Source: a virus. From it: a DNA stretch of 64,000 bases. Made by a program: the position numbers and the translations under genes. Shown here in pieces: positions 53,437 through 63,056 of this stretch. How positions within the stretch are numbered: position 1 is the first letter of the stretch; every line of letters begins with the position of its first letter. The stretch lies in the IMG/VR virus record IMGVR_UViG_3300009548_000002; one strand, written 5' to 3'. The notes beneath the pieces were generated by a model. The model did no database searches and had not been told where the DNA came from. It was given only the letters and a program-made list of their open reading frames with translations.

Positions 53437-53934
53437 CTATTTCAAACCCGCCGTCTGCTTCATTCTTGCCGGCGGAAGAAGCGACGTCACTCCTTCGCGA
53501 AGGCCATCGAGTTCAGAGATCCCCACGACCTTGTCGCACCATCGGCGAAGCTCGTCGACCAGCCGATGAATGTATTCTTGCCTATCGGCGTGCGACGAGA
53601 GGATCCTGGACGGAGGATCATAGCCGCGCCCCGGCTTGAGGTTGATGAGCGAGCGCTGGGGAATCTCCCGGAACTTCGGAGGCTCTGTTCCAGCGATGCG
53701 GAGCGATTGGAGCTGGATCTTCATCGCGATGAGCAGGCGAGCCTGGTAAAGCCGATGAGCTTCTCCAGCCTTCGCGTCGTCCCACTCGAAATACTGATGA
53801 AGAGGAGATTTCTTCGACTTCGCTGCCTCGAGAACGTCTTTGGCTTCGAGGTGCCCTCCGTGAGCTTTTTCGATCTTGGTCAGCTCGCGAGTAACGATCC
53901 GTTGCTTGGTCTCGATTTTAGCTTTCAACATTTT
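53437..53934 (-). CDS. Hypothetical protein (start likely MLKAKIETKQ)
   Basis: C-terminal part of ORF 53437-54180 is protein-like. Confidence 0.4.
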   Translation of the reverse strand, partial: KMLKAKIETKQRIVTRELTKIEKAHGGHLEAKDVLEAAKSKKSPLHQYFEWDDAKAGEAHRLYQARLLIAMKIQLQSLRIAGTEPPKFREIPQRSLINLKPGRGYDPPSRILSSHADRQEYIHRLVDELRRWCDKVVGISELDGLREGVTSLLPPARMKQTAGLK

Positions 53935-54685
53935 ATTTGGCGACTTTCTTTTTGACGTTCCGGAGACCCTCTTTGACACCGGCCTTCGACCCGTCGAACA
54001 TGCGATCGAGATCACCGATGTCGAAATCCATGTCGAGCGCCCACTTCGGGATTTCAGGCGTAGGCATCGGCACCTGACAAGCCTTGATGATCTCCGCGTA
54101 GTCTTTTTGCGGGACGATCTCGGCAGCGACCTGCCAAGTGCCGAACGTGCCGTCTCGCTCGGTACGCCACTCACCGACACCGACGCGGCCGGCCAACTGG
54201 ACGAGTTCGATCAATTGATCCTGGGTCATCAGATCAGGAAAGTACTGGATCGGAAGTTTGGCCGTCCACGTGTCGAACTGCGGGCGGAACCGAATGTCTG
54301 GTTTGCGGCCGATCCCGCTATTGCGAACGATGTCCATACGAGGAGTGTATTCCGCGCCGCCGGCGTTCACGTACTGGATCGGAATCCCGTGACCCATGAC
54401 GAAGAAGGAGAGCTTGAGCTTTTTCTTCTTCTCGAAGTCCTTGACCAGCTCAGAAGCGGTGAGCATCGCCTTCTTGAACGCGATGCTCGGCATCACGATG
54501 ACGCCTTTGGCGTTGCGCACGCACGCCGCTTCGAGGATCTCACGCGGTTTTTTGAATTCACGCTCGACGGTGCGGCCGCAGTGCTTGGCCAGCATCTGCT
54601 CAACGCTTTTCTTCGAGAAAGCGTTCTGGATCAGGGGCGCCGTGCCCTCGATGCACACGATGCTCAGTTGTTGATCCTGCTTCAT
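53933..54685 (-). CDS. Hypothetical protein, 250 aa
   Basis: Track ORF; protein-like. Confidence 0.5.
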   Translation of the reverse strand: MKQDQQLSIVCIEGTAPLIQNAFSKKSVEQMLAKHCGRTVEREFKKPREILEAACVRNAKGVIVMPSIAFKKAMLTASELVKDFEKKKKLKLSFFVMGHGIPIQYVNAGGAEYTPRMDIVRNSGIGRKPDIRFRPQFDTWTAKLPIQYFPDLMTQDQLIELVQLAGRVGVGEWRTERDGTFGTWQVAAEIVPQKDYAEIIKACQVPMPTPEIPKWALDMDFDIGDLDRMFDGSKAGVKEGLRNVKKKVAK

Positions 54686-54689
54686 GAAA

Positions 54690-54870
54690 CACGTCGTAGC
54701 AGATCCAGTTACAATTTGTCAAATGACTCGAAAATACTCACTTGGTAGTGTTTGACATCTGTACAGATGTCAACCACGCGGACGTTCTCGAAAAAATACG
54801 TCGTACGACGACGTGTTTATCACTCAACGGAGTGATGATTCAAAGTTATAATCCCATAAACCTATCAATC
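54690..54870. promoter_or_regulatory. AT-richer intergenic hub with three perfect palindromes: TTGACATCTGTACAGATGTCAA (22 bp), ACGTCGTACGACGACGT (core CGTCGTACGACG) and TCACTCAACGGAGTGA
   Basis: Read directly; lies between a - strand block and a + strand block. Confidence 0.5.
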
Positions 54871-54929
54871 TCGAATGGTTCCGAACCTCGATTTGAGTGA
54901 ATCCAACCTCGCGCCAAGTTTCGTTTTCT

Positions 54930-55060
54930 ACCCTCCAGCGGCTCACAACCCACCACTCGCCGCTCGACTGAGATCCGTGACCGCTGGAGCACCGCTAGGG
55001 TCCGCGACCGCCGCCTTGCGCACGAGGCTGGCCCTCGCCCGCCGCCCACCACTCGCTGCC
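54930..55060. repeat. Direct repeats CGCCCACCACTCGC(C/T)GC (x2) and CCGCTCGNC in an apparently non-coding GC-rich leader
   Basis: Read directly; overlapping ORFs 54875-55105(+) and 54846-55301(-) look non-coding. Confidence 0.35.
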
Positions 55061-55118
55061 ACCGCTCGCCGGCGCTCGCCGTTGACGCCGATACGTCAAA
55101 TGTGATGCACTGGGTCGC

Positions 55119-55442
55119 ATGCCCAGCCCCGACACCTGCGCCCACTGCCGCGGAGCCCTCCACCTCGCGACCGACGCCGTCTCGCGCCGGATCCCGCCGC
55201 CCGACGCCATGCGCGGCGCGATGCTTTTCGGGATCGCCGTCGGCGAAGCGCACCTCGACATCAAGGACGTCTGCACCGAGTGCCGGGAGCAGATCGAGCA
55301 CATCAAGGAAACCATCCTCGGTGCCCAGCCCTCGAGCGAAACGAAGCGCGCCGCTCCTGCGACGCCGCCCATCGTGACCCCGCCGAGCGGCGAGAAGGTG
55401 CCGGCGCAGATGGCGCCGGCCACGACGCCCAAGGCCACTTGA
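55119..55442 (+). CDS. Zinc-ribbon protein
   Basis: CAHCRG...CTECREQ; strong GC3. Confidence 0.5.
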   Translation: MPSPDTCAHCRGALHLATDAVSRRIPPPDAMRGAMLFGIAVGEAHLDIKDVCTECREQIEHIKETILGAQPSSETKRAAPATPPIVTPPSGEKVPAQMAPATTPKAT

Positions 55443-55708
55443 AAACGGTCGACGGTGATCGCGCCGAGGTCCTCAGCAGCGTCGCTCGGAAGATCCTCGA
55501 AGTGATGAACGCCGAGAAGCTCTCGGCCAATGAGGCGCTCATCGTTCTCGCACGCATCATGGGTCAGTGCGAGGGGCACGGTTTGCTCCACGGCGAACTA
55601 CACGGCAGCCTGGACGCGGTTCACGCGGAGATCTCGGGACGCGTCGCCGAGGAGCGCGACGCGTACATCGCGTACGCGCGCGAAAAAACCGAGATGACAT
55701 TCGGCTAA
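55439..55708 (+). CDS. Hypothetical small protein (TTG start overlapping TGA)
   Basis: Good GC3 from LKTVDGDRAEV. Confidence 0.4.
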   Translation: MKTVDGDRAEVLSSVARKILEVMNAEKLSANEALIVLARIMGQCEGHGLLHGELHGSLDAVHAEISGRVAEERDAYIAYAREKTEMTFG

Positions 55709-55718
55709 GATCGAACGC

Positions 55719-56243
55719 GTGTACTCCCCGTGCATGCTCTTCCGCGGCTTCGACGGCCTGGACGACAACGGTCGCATGATCGTCGTGCGGGCGCTGCTCG
55801 AGACGCTCACGCTGTCGAACTGGCAGTACATGAAGCGCCATCCGGAGACGCCGCTCCTCTACGAAGCGCGACCCCGGTACGTCGTCCATCCCGCGCGGGG
55901 CGGCGACGAATGGCGCGACATCGCCGAGACGTTCAAGCGCGGCGCCGGCACTTGCAAAGACTTCGCGTGCATCCGGGTCGCGGAGCTTCGGATGCAGGGC
56001 TACGAGGACGTCGTGCCGTTCATCAAGCTCATCACGTATCCCGATCCAAAGAAGCGACGACCGCCGCTCACGCTCTTCCACGTGCTCGTGCGAAACGGTG
56101 ACGAGTACGAAGATCCTTCGAGCATCCTCGGGATGCCCAAGAACCTAAGCTACGCCGAGCTTCGCGATCATCCAGACGCGGGAGGCATTCACGGCGCGCG
56201 CTGGGGCCTCGAGCAGTGGGCCTCGACGTCAGCGTCGCCGTGA
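55719..56243 (+). CDS. Possible transglutaminase-like cysteine peptidase
   Basis: GAGTCKDFACIRVAELRMQGYED (Cys motif), LTLFHVLV (His), EYEDPS (Asp) in transglutaminase-core order. Confidence 0.4.
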   Translation: MYSPCMLFRGFDGLDDNGRMIVVRALLETLTLSNWQYMKRHPETPLLYEARPRYVVHPARGGDEWRDIAETFKRGAGTCKDFACIRVAELRMQGYEDVVPFIKLITYPDPKKRRPPLTLFHVLVRNGDEYEDPSSILGMPKNLSYAELRDHPDAGGIHGARWGLEQWASTSASP

Positions 56244-58364
56244 AGATGAAGTTCGACGCTTACGAGTCCGAGGTGCCGCCTTCTTGTCCTTGTTCATCCC
56301 GAAGATGACGTACCCAGCGGCGAGGCCAACAAGAGCGCCGGCAAAGATCTTTTTCCACGGCATGCCCGTCTCGACGCTGCCCGCGACGAGGTAGTCGGCC
56401 TCGGGAAGTTCGTCCATCTCGCCATAGCGATCGAGGATCCCGACGTTGTGCGTGAGCGCGTTGTCGGGATCGAGAGCAAGCCTGGACTCGGGCTCGGGCT
56501 CAGGCCACCACGCTTCGGGCGCGAACTCCGGCCATCCTGCTTGCTGCCCTGACCACGGATAGTCGACGTCGTTCGCGGGAGGCAGAGATTCTTTTGCGAA
56601 GTATCCCGCCCAATCGCGCTCGTACGACCACGGAGGTTGTCGCTCGCGTGCGCGCGTCGTGGGACTGGAAGGCCAGCCACCGTGCGCAGGTTTGGACGAC
56701 GCTGGCCCTTGGGTCACTTCCGCGGGAGAAGCGACTTCGGCGGACGGGATGCCGGGCGGCTCGACGTTGCCTGACGCTTCGCCGGCCGCAACGCTCTCCG
56801 CGGACGGGATACCGGGAGGTTCGACAGAGGCCGAGATCTCGGGCGGTCCTGCGGCAGAAGCTGAAGGAATTCCTGGCGGAGAGATGCCCACGCGCGCATC
56901 GCCGGGCGCAACGATTTCTGGTGACGGCACGCCGGGCGGCGTGATCGCCGCCGAAAGCTCGCCGGCTCCGTGGCTACTGGCAGAAGGAATACCGGGTGAT
57001 CCGACGACGGCCGAGATTTCGGACGGCTGAACGATTTCAGGTGACGGGACGCCGGGCAACGCGAGCACGACGGAGACGTCACCGGTCGCGACGACGCCGG
57101 GTGACGGGACGCCGGGCGGAGCGACTCCTTGAGATGCGTCCCCGGGCGCGATGACTTCGGGAGACGGGATGCCTGGCGATCCGACGACCGCCGAGAGTTC
57201 GCCCGCTCCAGTGATCTGCGGCGACGGGACGCCGGGCGGAGCGAGCGCGAGAGAGACGTCGCCGGCCGCGACGACTCCGGGCGACGGGATGCCAGGCGAT
57301 CCGACGACGGCCGAGATGTCACCCGTCACGATGACTTCGGGTGATGGGATGCCGGGCGGCTCGAGCGCCGCCGACACGTCGCCCGCAGAAACGATTTGCG
57401 GTGATGGAACTCCGGGCGGCTCGATCGATCCGGAGAGATCGCCAGCAGCGACGGCTTGCGCGGACGGGATGCCAGGAACCGCGAGCGCGCTCGCGAACGA
57501 TCCCGTTCCGACCCCTTGCGGCGACGGGATGCCCGGAGGCTCCATCGACGTCGACACGTCACCCGCGCCCACGATTTGCGGCGACGGGATGCCCGGCGGC
57601 TCGATCGATCCAGAGAGTTCACCTGCAGAGGTGACTTGCGCAGACGGGATGCCAGGAACCGCGAGCGCGCTCGCGAACGATCCCGTTCCGACCCCTTGCG
57701 GCGACGGGATGCCCGGAGGCTCCATCGACGTCGACACGTCGCCTGCGCCTACGATTTGCGGCGACGGGATGCCCGGCGAACCGACGACGGCTGCCACGTC
57801 GCCTGCGGAGACGACTTGCGGACTCGGAATGCCCGGCGGCGTGATCGCTGCCGAGACATCCCCGGCGCTCACGACTTGCGGCGACGGGATGCCCGGCGGC
57901 GTGATCGCGGCAGCGACATCACCTGCAGTCGTGATCGACGCGGATGGAATACCCGGAGGCTGGATCCGCTCAGCAACGTCGCCCGCGCTCACACGTGCGA
58001 CGCTGACGATGCCCGGCGGCGTGATCGCGACGGCGACGTCTCCCGCATTCGCGATCGATGCGGATGGAATCCCCGGCGGCTGGATCCTCTCGGCGACGTC
58101 GCCCGGGCTCGCGGTCGCGACGCTAACGATGCCCGGCGCGTCGATGACGATCGCAAGCTCGGCAGGCTCGACGAGCATGACGCTCGAGATGCCGGGCGGC
58201 TCTACGAGAATCGCAACGAGGCTACTGCCCTGCACACCGCCACTCGGAACGCCGGGAGCCGCGACGATCTGTATGACTTGGCCCGCGCCGCTCGAAGCAG
58301 CCGACGGGATGCCAGGCGGCGAAAGTACGATCGTCTGGGAAAGGCGCGCGAGGAGAAGACTCAC
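56229..58364 (-). CDS. Repeat protein, 711 aa: about thirty tandem 17-residue units (PPGIPSxxxxxAGDVSxxx), then a W/P/E-rich domain, a C-terminal TM helix and a basic tail
   Basis: 51-bp DNA periodicity with a 180-bp higher-order duplication (57476-57655 vs 57656-57835); C-terminus IFAGALVGLAAGYVIFG + KKAAPRTRKRR; start is 12 nt after the upstream gene. Confidence 0.6.
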   Translation of the reverse strand: MSLLLARLSQTIVLSPPGIPSAASSGAGQVIQIVAAPGVPSGGVQGSSLVAILVEPPGISSVMLVEPAELAIVIDAPGIVSVATASPGDVAERIQPPGIPSASIANAGDVAVAITPPGIVSVARVSAGDVAERIQPPGIPSASITTAGDVAAAITPPGIPSPQVVSAGDVSAAITPPGIPSPQVVSAGDVAAVVGSPGIPSPQIVGAGDVSTSMEPPGIPSPQGVGTGSFASALAVPGIPSAQVTSAGELSGSIEPPGIPSPQIVGAGDVSTSMEPPGIPSPQGVGTGSFASALAVPGIPSAQAVAAGDLSGSIEPPGVPSPQIVSAGDVSAALEPPGIPSPEVIVTGDISAVVGSPGIPSPGVVAAGDVSLALAPPGVPSPQITGAGELSAVVGSPGIPSPEVIAPGDASQGVAPPGVPSPGVVATGDVSVVLALPGVPSPEIVQPSEISAVVGSPGIPSASSHGAGELSAAITPPGVPSPEIVAPGDARVGISPPGIPSASAAGPPEISASVEPPGIPSAESVAAGEASGNVEPPGIPSAEVASPAEVTQGPASSKPAHGGWPSSPTTRARERQPPWSYERDWAGYFAKESLPPANDVDYPWSGQQAGWPEFAPEAWWPEPEPESRLALDPDNALTHNVGILDRYGEMDELPEADYLVAGSVETGMPWKKIFAGALVGLAAGYVIFGMNKDKKAAPRTRKRRTSSSRRR

Positions 58365-58376
58365 GGCAGCGCCTTT

Positions 58377-59138
58377 CTAGAACTGCACCCAGTCCATCGA
58401 CGTGTACGCGAGATTGCCGGCTTGGGTCGCGACGGGATTTTCACGCATGATGACCAAGTTCGGACCCGTTACCGGGATCGGCGTCTCGTAATCGTGATCT
58501 TCGCTACCTCCCGCGAGGTGGAGGATGATGTCTCCGGCTTGGAGGATCGGATTCGTCGTACGAGGGTCTCCGGTCACGACCATGTACGATCGACCCGCGG
58601 CGAGCGTGCCCGCACCGGTGTGCTTGGTGATGTAACAAGTGACGCCGACGGGGACGTAGTGATGGGCATAGAACGTGGAGTTGTCGCCGATCGCGATCGC
58701 GGCCATGACGACGCCGCCGCCCGCGACAGCGGTCATCAGGTTGATGGTCCCGACGTTGGCCAAGTTCGAGCCGCACGACGCGATGACCATGCTCTCGATG
58801 AACTGGATGTCGTTGCCGACGGTGTTCACGGGCGTCACGCCGTTCAGCGCCACCGTCTCCGACTTGGGCTGCATCGCGTTGTTCAAGTAGTTGATCGTGA
58901 CGGAGATCGCACCCGTCCCGGCCCCCGCATCGCTCGCGCTCGTGGAGACGACGCTCCTCTGCCCCTGCGCGACCTGCTGCGCGAACGTCGTCGCGCGCAC
59001 GTTCGTCGGTACGTTGAGGGTGGGCGCCGAGACGTACCCCACGTTCCGGCCCGCGCTCGCGTTCGCATAGGAGCTTGGCGAGATGGCCAAGCAGAACTGG
59101 AACGGGATGACGGACGTATCGCCAAACGGATCAGGCAT
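58377..59138 (-). CDS. T/A/G/N-rich probable virion structural protein
   Basis: Track ORF; composition typical of beta-rich structural/fibre proteins. Confidence 0.45.
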   Translation of the reverse strand: MPDPFGDTSVIPFQFCLAISPSSYANASAGRNVGYVSAPTLNVPTNVRATTFAQQVAQGQRSVVSTSASDAGAGTGAISVTINYLNNAMQPKSETVALNGVTPVNTVGNDIQFIESMVIASCGSNLANVGTINLMTAVAGGGVVMAAIAIGDNSTFYAHHYVPVGVTCYITKHTGAGTLAAGRSYMVVTGDPRTTNPILQAGDIILHLAGGSEDHDYETPIPVTGPNLVIMRENPVATQAGNLAYTSMDWVQF

Positions 59139-59156
59139 CTAAAGACCTCACGTTGA

Positions 59157-60605
59157 TCACATCCAATAACCGTCGACCGACACCGTCCCGCGATTGATGC
59201 CCGGCGTTGCCGCGGCCGTCGTCACGAGCCACTTGAAGCCGATGTGCGTGAACAAACCAGGCAAACAGATGAGCGGCGTCTTCGGAGCCCACGTGGTCGC
59301 CCCCGTTGCGCTCCACAACGTGCCGATTGCCGGTGCGATCGTCGTCGTGTACTGGATACCGAGAGCCTGTCGCAAGCCGCCGCCCGTCGAAAGTAAGTTG
59401 GTGGTGGCGTTGACGCAGACGAACCACTCGATGAACGGCACTCCCGTGAGCGACATCGCCGTCGTGACCATCGGCGCGGGGATCTGGATGCTCTGGAGCA
59501 CGAGCGAATACGGCGTTGGATTCTGGAAAGTGAAGATCGGGGCGCCGGTCTCGATCGCCGCCACGCCCGCAACCGCGTACTCGCCACCGAGGAAAGCGTA
59601 GCCCGTCGTCGCGTTCGCAGGCGTCAACGTCGCGGGGATCGCATTGAACGGCGACGGCGTCTGCGCGCCGGTCAGCGGGTTCACGAGCGCCGATCGCATC
59701 GCAAGTGCCGACTGATCCGACCACGGCATGTTGTTGAGCGCGTCGAGGATCTGAACGGTGTGCGCCGACAGCTTGAGCTGCACTGCAGTGCCGCCGCCGA
59801 CACCGTCCACGTACACGCGTGCAAAACTCGGAACGTGGGAGACGGCGAACGAGTACGGGACGCTCAGGGAGAGCGGCATCTGCATGTCGACGATCGGTCG
59901 TTCACTCGAGTCCGACACGATGAAACGAGCGAAGTCGTCATCGACGATGACGTCGTAATAGTAATAGCTTGTGGTGGCGACGACTCCTTGCGCGAGCACC
60001 TGAGTGACTTGCTCGGTCCCATTGTATGAAAGGACCGCCGCAAGCGTTCCGTCGGCGCGCCAGCGGAAAAAGGCACCGTTTTGAACGATGGCCGTCGTGG
60101 TCGTCGGCGCACCAAAACCAAGCTCGGCGATCGTGTGATTGGCAGCGGGATTCGCTGACAAGAGTGCCCGGAAGCGGCAATAGAGGGGCTGGCGGGCATA
60201 CTTGGGAAATTGACGCTGACTCGTGATGATCGCATCCGTGTTGAGCGTCGTGATCCCGCCATTATTGAGCGTGAGAACACCCGTCACCTGCACGGCAGTC
60301 ATCGTGGCGAGCGATTGCGTCCAGAACGCGTTGATGTTCGCGCCCTCGAACGCGTCTTGCCAAAGGATCTGTTCGCTCGTCGTCCGCTGGCTCGAATACG
60401 TCCCTACACGAATGGCTCGAAGAACGGTGCCGGAGTCGAGTCCGGAGACGGGCAGATAACCCTGCGTCGCGGGGGCGACAGACTTGTCGGCAGGAACAAG
60501 AACGTTTCCGTTTGCATCGTAGAGAAGCGCGCGCCCGCTACCGAATGCGTCGACGTCGAGGATGTTCGAACCCGAACCCGCTCGTCCTTGTACCTGCCAC
60601 GGCAT
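59157..60605 (-). CDS. T/A/G-rich probable structural (fibre or capsid) protein, 482 aa
   Basis: Track ORF; long, low-charge, T/S/N/G-rich. Confidence 0.5.
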   Translation of the reverse strand: MPWQVQGRAGSGSNILDVDAFGSGRALLYDANGNVLVPADKSVAPATQGYLPVSGLDSGTVLRAIRVGTYSSQRTTSEQILWQDAFEGANINAFWTQSLATMTAVQVTGVLTLNNGGITTLNTDAIITSQRQFPKYARQPLYCRFRALLSANPAANHTIAELGFGAPTTTTAIVQNGAFFRWRADGTLAAVLSYNGTEQVTQVLAQGVVATTSYYYYDVIVDDDFARFIVSDSSERPIVDMQMPLSLSVPYSFAVSHVPSFARVYVDGVGGGTAVQLKLSAHTVQILDALNNMPWSDQSALAMRSALVNPLTGAQTPSPFNAIPATLTPANATTGYAFLGGEYAVAGVAAIETGAPIFTFQNPTPYSLVLQSIQIPAPMVTTAMSLTGVPFIEWFVCVNATTNLLSTGGGLRQALGIQYTTTIAPAIGTLWSATGATTWAPKTPLICLPGLFTHIGFKWLVTTAAATPGINRGTVSVDGYWM

Positions 60606-60613
60606 CGATCACC

Positions 60614-60916
60614 TCAGTTCCAGACCCACGCGACATTCCACTTCCCGATGACGGGACCCATGCTCGACGCGGCGACGATCGTAAACCCCGTCCCAGCGAC
60701 GATCGCTTGGCACGTGATCCCGATGCCGCCTGCAGCGGCCATCGAATGCTCGTCTGGAGAGTGATCGGGCGTTGCAGGTGCGGTCGCGTCGAGCCATGCC
60801 TCGGCGAGCGACGCGGGGTACGCCAAGATCCCGGCTTGTCCCGTCACAGGGACCGTCGTGCGATCGGATCCGGGCGACGGGCCGAAATCGACGATGGCGG
60901 TTCCTTCCGCGCCCAT
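60614..60916 (-). CDS. Hypothetical small protein
   Basis: Start MGAEGTAIVDF (ATGA overlap with upstream gene). Confidence 0.4.
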   Translation of the reverse strand: MGAEGTAIVDFGPSPGSDRTTVPVTGQAGILAYPASLAEAWLDATAPATPDHSPDEHSMAAAGGIGITCQAIVAGTGFTIVAASSMGPVIGKWNVAWVWN

Positions 60917-61815
60917 CAGATCGCCATGATGGCGGTGGGCAGACCCGGGTACCAGAGGATCGGCACCGTGAAGCTGATGTTGCCGCCGTTCGGCGCGAAA
61001 GGCAGACCCGCGACCGTCGCGATGACGTCGGCCTGATGGCCCGCGGGAATCGCGCCACCCAGCGCCGCGACCGTGATGGATCGATCGCCTTGGTTGGCCG
61101 CCACGGTGAGCGTCGCGCTCTGCCCGTTCGAGAACCAGAGCGTCGAGTTGTTCGGGATGCCAGCGATGAGCGGCTCGACGCGCACGACGACGTCGCCGCC
61201 GTTCGCGGTCGTGTTGCAAACCACTTGGAGCTTGCCGTCGTTGATCGCGATGAGCCGGTTCGTCCCGTCGGATCCGCCGGCCGCATCGTAGAAGATGATC
61301 GCGGCCGCGAGCTGTCCCGCATAACCCGGCGAGACTGCGAGCCATGAGAAGTTGTTCGCGCTGAGGACGCCACCGATGTCTGTCGTGCCCGCGAGCGGTC
61401 CAGAATCAACGCCGACGCGGCCATTGCCGACGATGATGTCGCTCACGAACGTGGCCTGCGTGAGGTCGACCGCCCATCCGCCGGCCGTATACGCGGCGGA
61501 ACCGGCGACGTTCATCCCCGCGCCCTCGAGCGTGAGCATCTGGAACGTGTTCGCCGCGACCGCTGTCGCGCGCCCGAGCTGGTTGGTCGAGAAGTTGCCG
61601 CCGATGGCCCCGGTCAAGATGATGTCGCCGTTCACGAAGCCGTGCGCCGCTGACGTGTAGACGGCGGGGTTCGCGTTCGTAACGTTCGTGATCTCCTTCG
61701 TCCACGTCGCGGGCTGCGTCGGATCGAAGAGCGCGGCCTTCTGGTTGTCGGCGACCCACCCGATCAGTTTCTCGCCGAAGCCGTGCCGGCCCGGGTCGAA
61801 CATGCGTCCGCTCAT
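60916..61815 (-). CDS. G/A/T/N-rich probable tail-fibre-like protein
   Basis: Track ORF; composition. Confidence 0.5.
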   Translation of the reverse strand: MSGRMFDPGRHGFGEKLIGWVADNQKAALFDPTQPATWTKEITNVTNANPAVYTSAAHGFVNGDIILTGAIGGNFSTNQLGRATAVAANTFQMLTLEGAGMNVAGSAAYTAGGWAVDLTQATFVSDIIVGNGRVGVDSGPLAGTTDIGGVLSANNFSWLAVSPGYAGQLAAAIIFYDAAGGSDGTNRLIAINDGKLQVVCNTTANGGDVVVRVEPLIAGIPNNSTLWFSNGQSATLTVAANQGDRSITVAALGGAIPAGHQADVIATVAGLPFAPNGGNISFTVPILWYPGLPTAIMAI

Positions 61816-61953
61816 GACAGCCCTCGCGCGTGTTCGCTCATCCCGCGGATCTTCTCATAGCTGCGGCTGAAACGCCATGACCGAGATCCAAGGAAAAGGG
61901 CTATATACGCAAGCCGTGATCCAAGGGAAGGACACCAACCTCACGGCGCATGC

Positions 61954-62436
61954 TCAGCCCTCGAGCTTGCGACGGTGGACGATCTTCGAGACGACGCGCG
62001 GGTTCTCGTCGATCTTGAACTTCTGCCCGCGGAACTCCTCCAGGCGGAACTTGTTCGCCGGGTCACCTTCCCACTCGGTCCCTTCCATGAAGGCGACGAA
62101 GATTTTCGGTTCGTCCGACGTGTTCGAGACGAGGAGATCGAGCGAGGAATTCGGAACGTTCGTGTCGAGGCCGAGACTCACGCCCTTCGCCCTCTCGCTG
62201 AAAGCGGGGCCCGGGATCGGGTTCGTCACGACCGCTTGCGAGGCGCCCGCGACCACGATGTCATGGACGAGGAAATGGATGCCGACGTTCTCCGGAATGA
62301 CGAGCCTTCGTCCAGCGAAGTGACGCGTCGTCACGATCTGAAAGACGACAAGCTCCTTGGGTCCCACGATCTCGGGTCCGAACCAATAGGGAGTGTCATA
62401 GGGATCGGCGAGTTGGACTTCGGCAGCGCTGGTCAT
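61954..62436 (-). CDS. Hypothetical (possible structural) protein
   Basis: Track ORF. Confidence 0.45.
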   Translation of the reverse strand: MTSAAEVQLADPYDTPYWFGPEIVGPKELVVFQIVTTRHFAGRRLVIPENVGIHFLVHDIVVAGASQAVVTNPIPGPAFSERAKGVSLGLDTNVPNSSLDLLVSNTSDEPKIFVAFMEGTEWEGDPANKFRLEEFRGQKFKIDENPRVVSKIVHRRKLEG

Positions 62437-62460
62437 GTTCTGATCTCCGCCTCTCTTCTT

Positions 62461-62856
62461 TCACATCCCCCACGTCGGGACCAAAATGATCCAACCGTCG
62501 ACGGTCACGAGGTTCGTCTTGTCGGGGTGCGGGTCGTGCACGATCTCGTGCCCCTTCGCGACGACCGCGTGCGGACGGCCTCGCGGCGAACGACCACCGA
62601 GGACGTAGTAGCTCCCGGGCAGCGTTCCCTCGAAGAAACGGATGGGCACCTCCGGCGTCGCGAAGTGGAGCGCGTAGAGCCCGAACTGCGAGAGCCACGC
62701 ATCGAGCCTCGATGCCCAGTCGAAGTGCGACGTGTCGCCAGGCTCGCTCAAGAAGAGCGGCACGGCATCGACGTTTGGGATCTCGAGGAGCGACGCCAAA
62801 CATGCGGAGAAGCAATTTCCGCGAGCCCCTGTGATCGATTGGTCGATGGGGATCAT
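62461..62856 (-). CDS. Possible CHAP/NlpC-P60-like cysteine peptidase (lysin candidate)
   Basis: GNCFSACLASLL (Cys) ... GRPHAVVAKGHEIVHDP (His); start MIPIDQSIT inside track ORF 62461-63171. Confidence 0.35.
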   Translation of the reverse strand: MIPIDQSITGARGNCFSACLASLLEIPNVDAVPLFLSEPGDTSHFDWASRLDAWLSQFGLYALHFATPEVPIRFFEGTLPGSYYVLGGRSPRGRPHAVVAKGHEIVHDPHPDKTNLVTVDGWIILVPTWGM

Positions 62857-63056
62857 CACCAAAAATTCCTGGCGTCCGCCGCGGGAGACTCCGCGTCTTC
62901 GCCCGCGTCGGCCCATGCGTCGCTTGCCGCATCGCTCTCGACGTGACGCTCGTTCTCGCGCCGCAGAAAGAGTCCCACGCCGACGGCGACAAGGATCCCC
63001 ACCGTGGCAAATAGGCGTTTGGCAACCTGGTGTTTTTGATTCAAATGCATGGGATT

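Noticed and set aside
57151-58380. 409-aa + strand ORF (GDGMPGG repeats) antisense to the 711-aa repeat gene
   Set aside because: It shares wobble positions with the minus gene, so GC3 is uninformative. It starts in the middle of the repeat array and runs into the next gene, whereas the minus ORF has a clean start 12 nt after its upstream neighbour and a distinct non-repeat C-terminal domain. It is kept as a caveat because strand is not proven.
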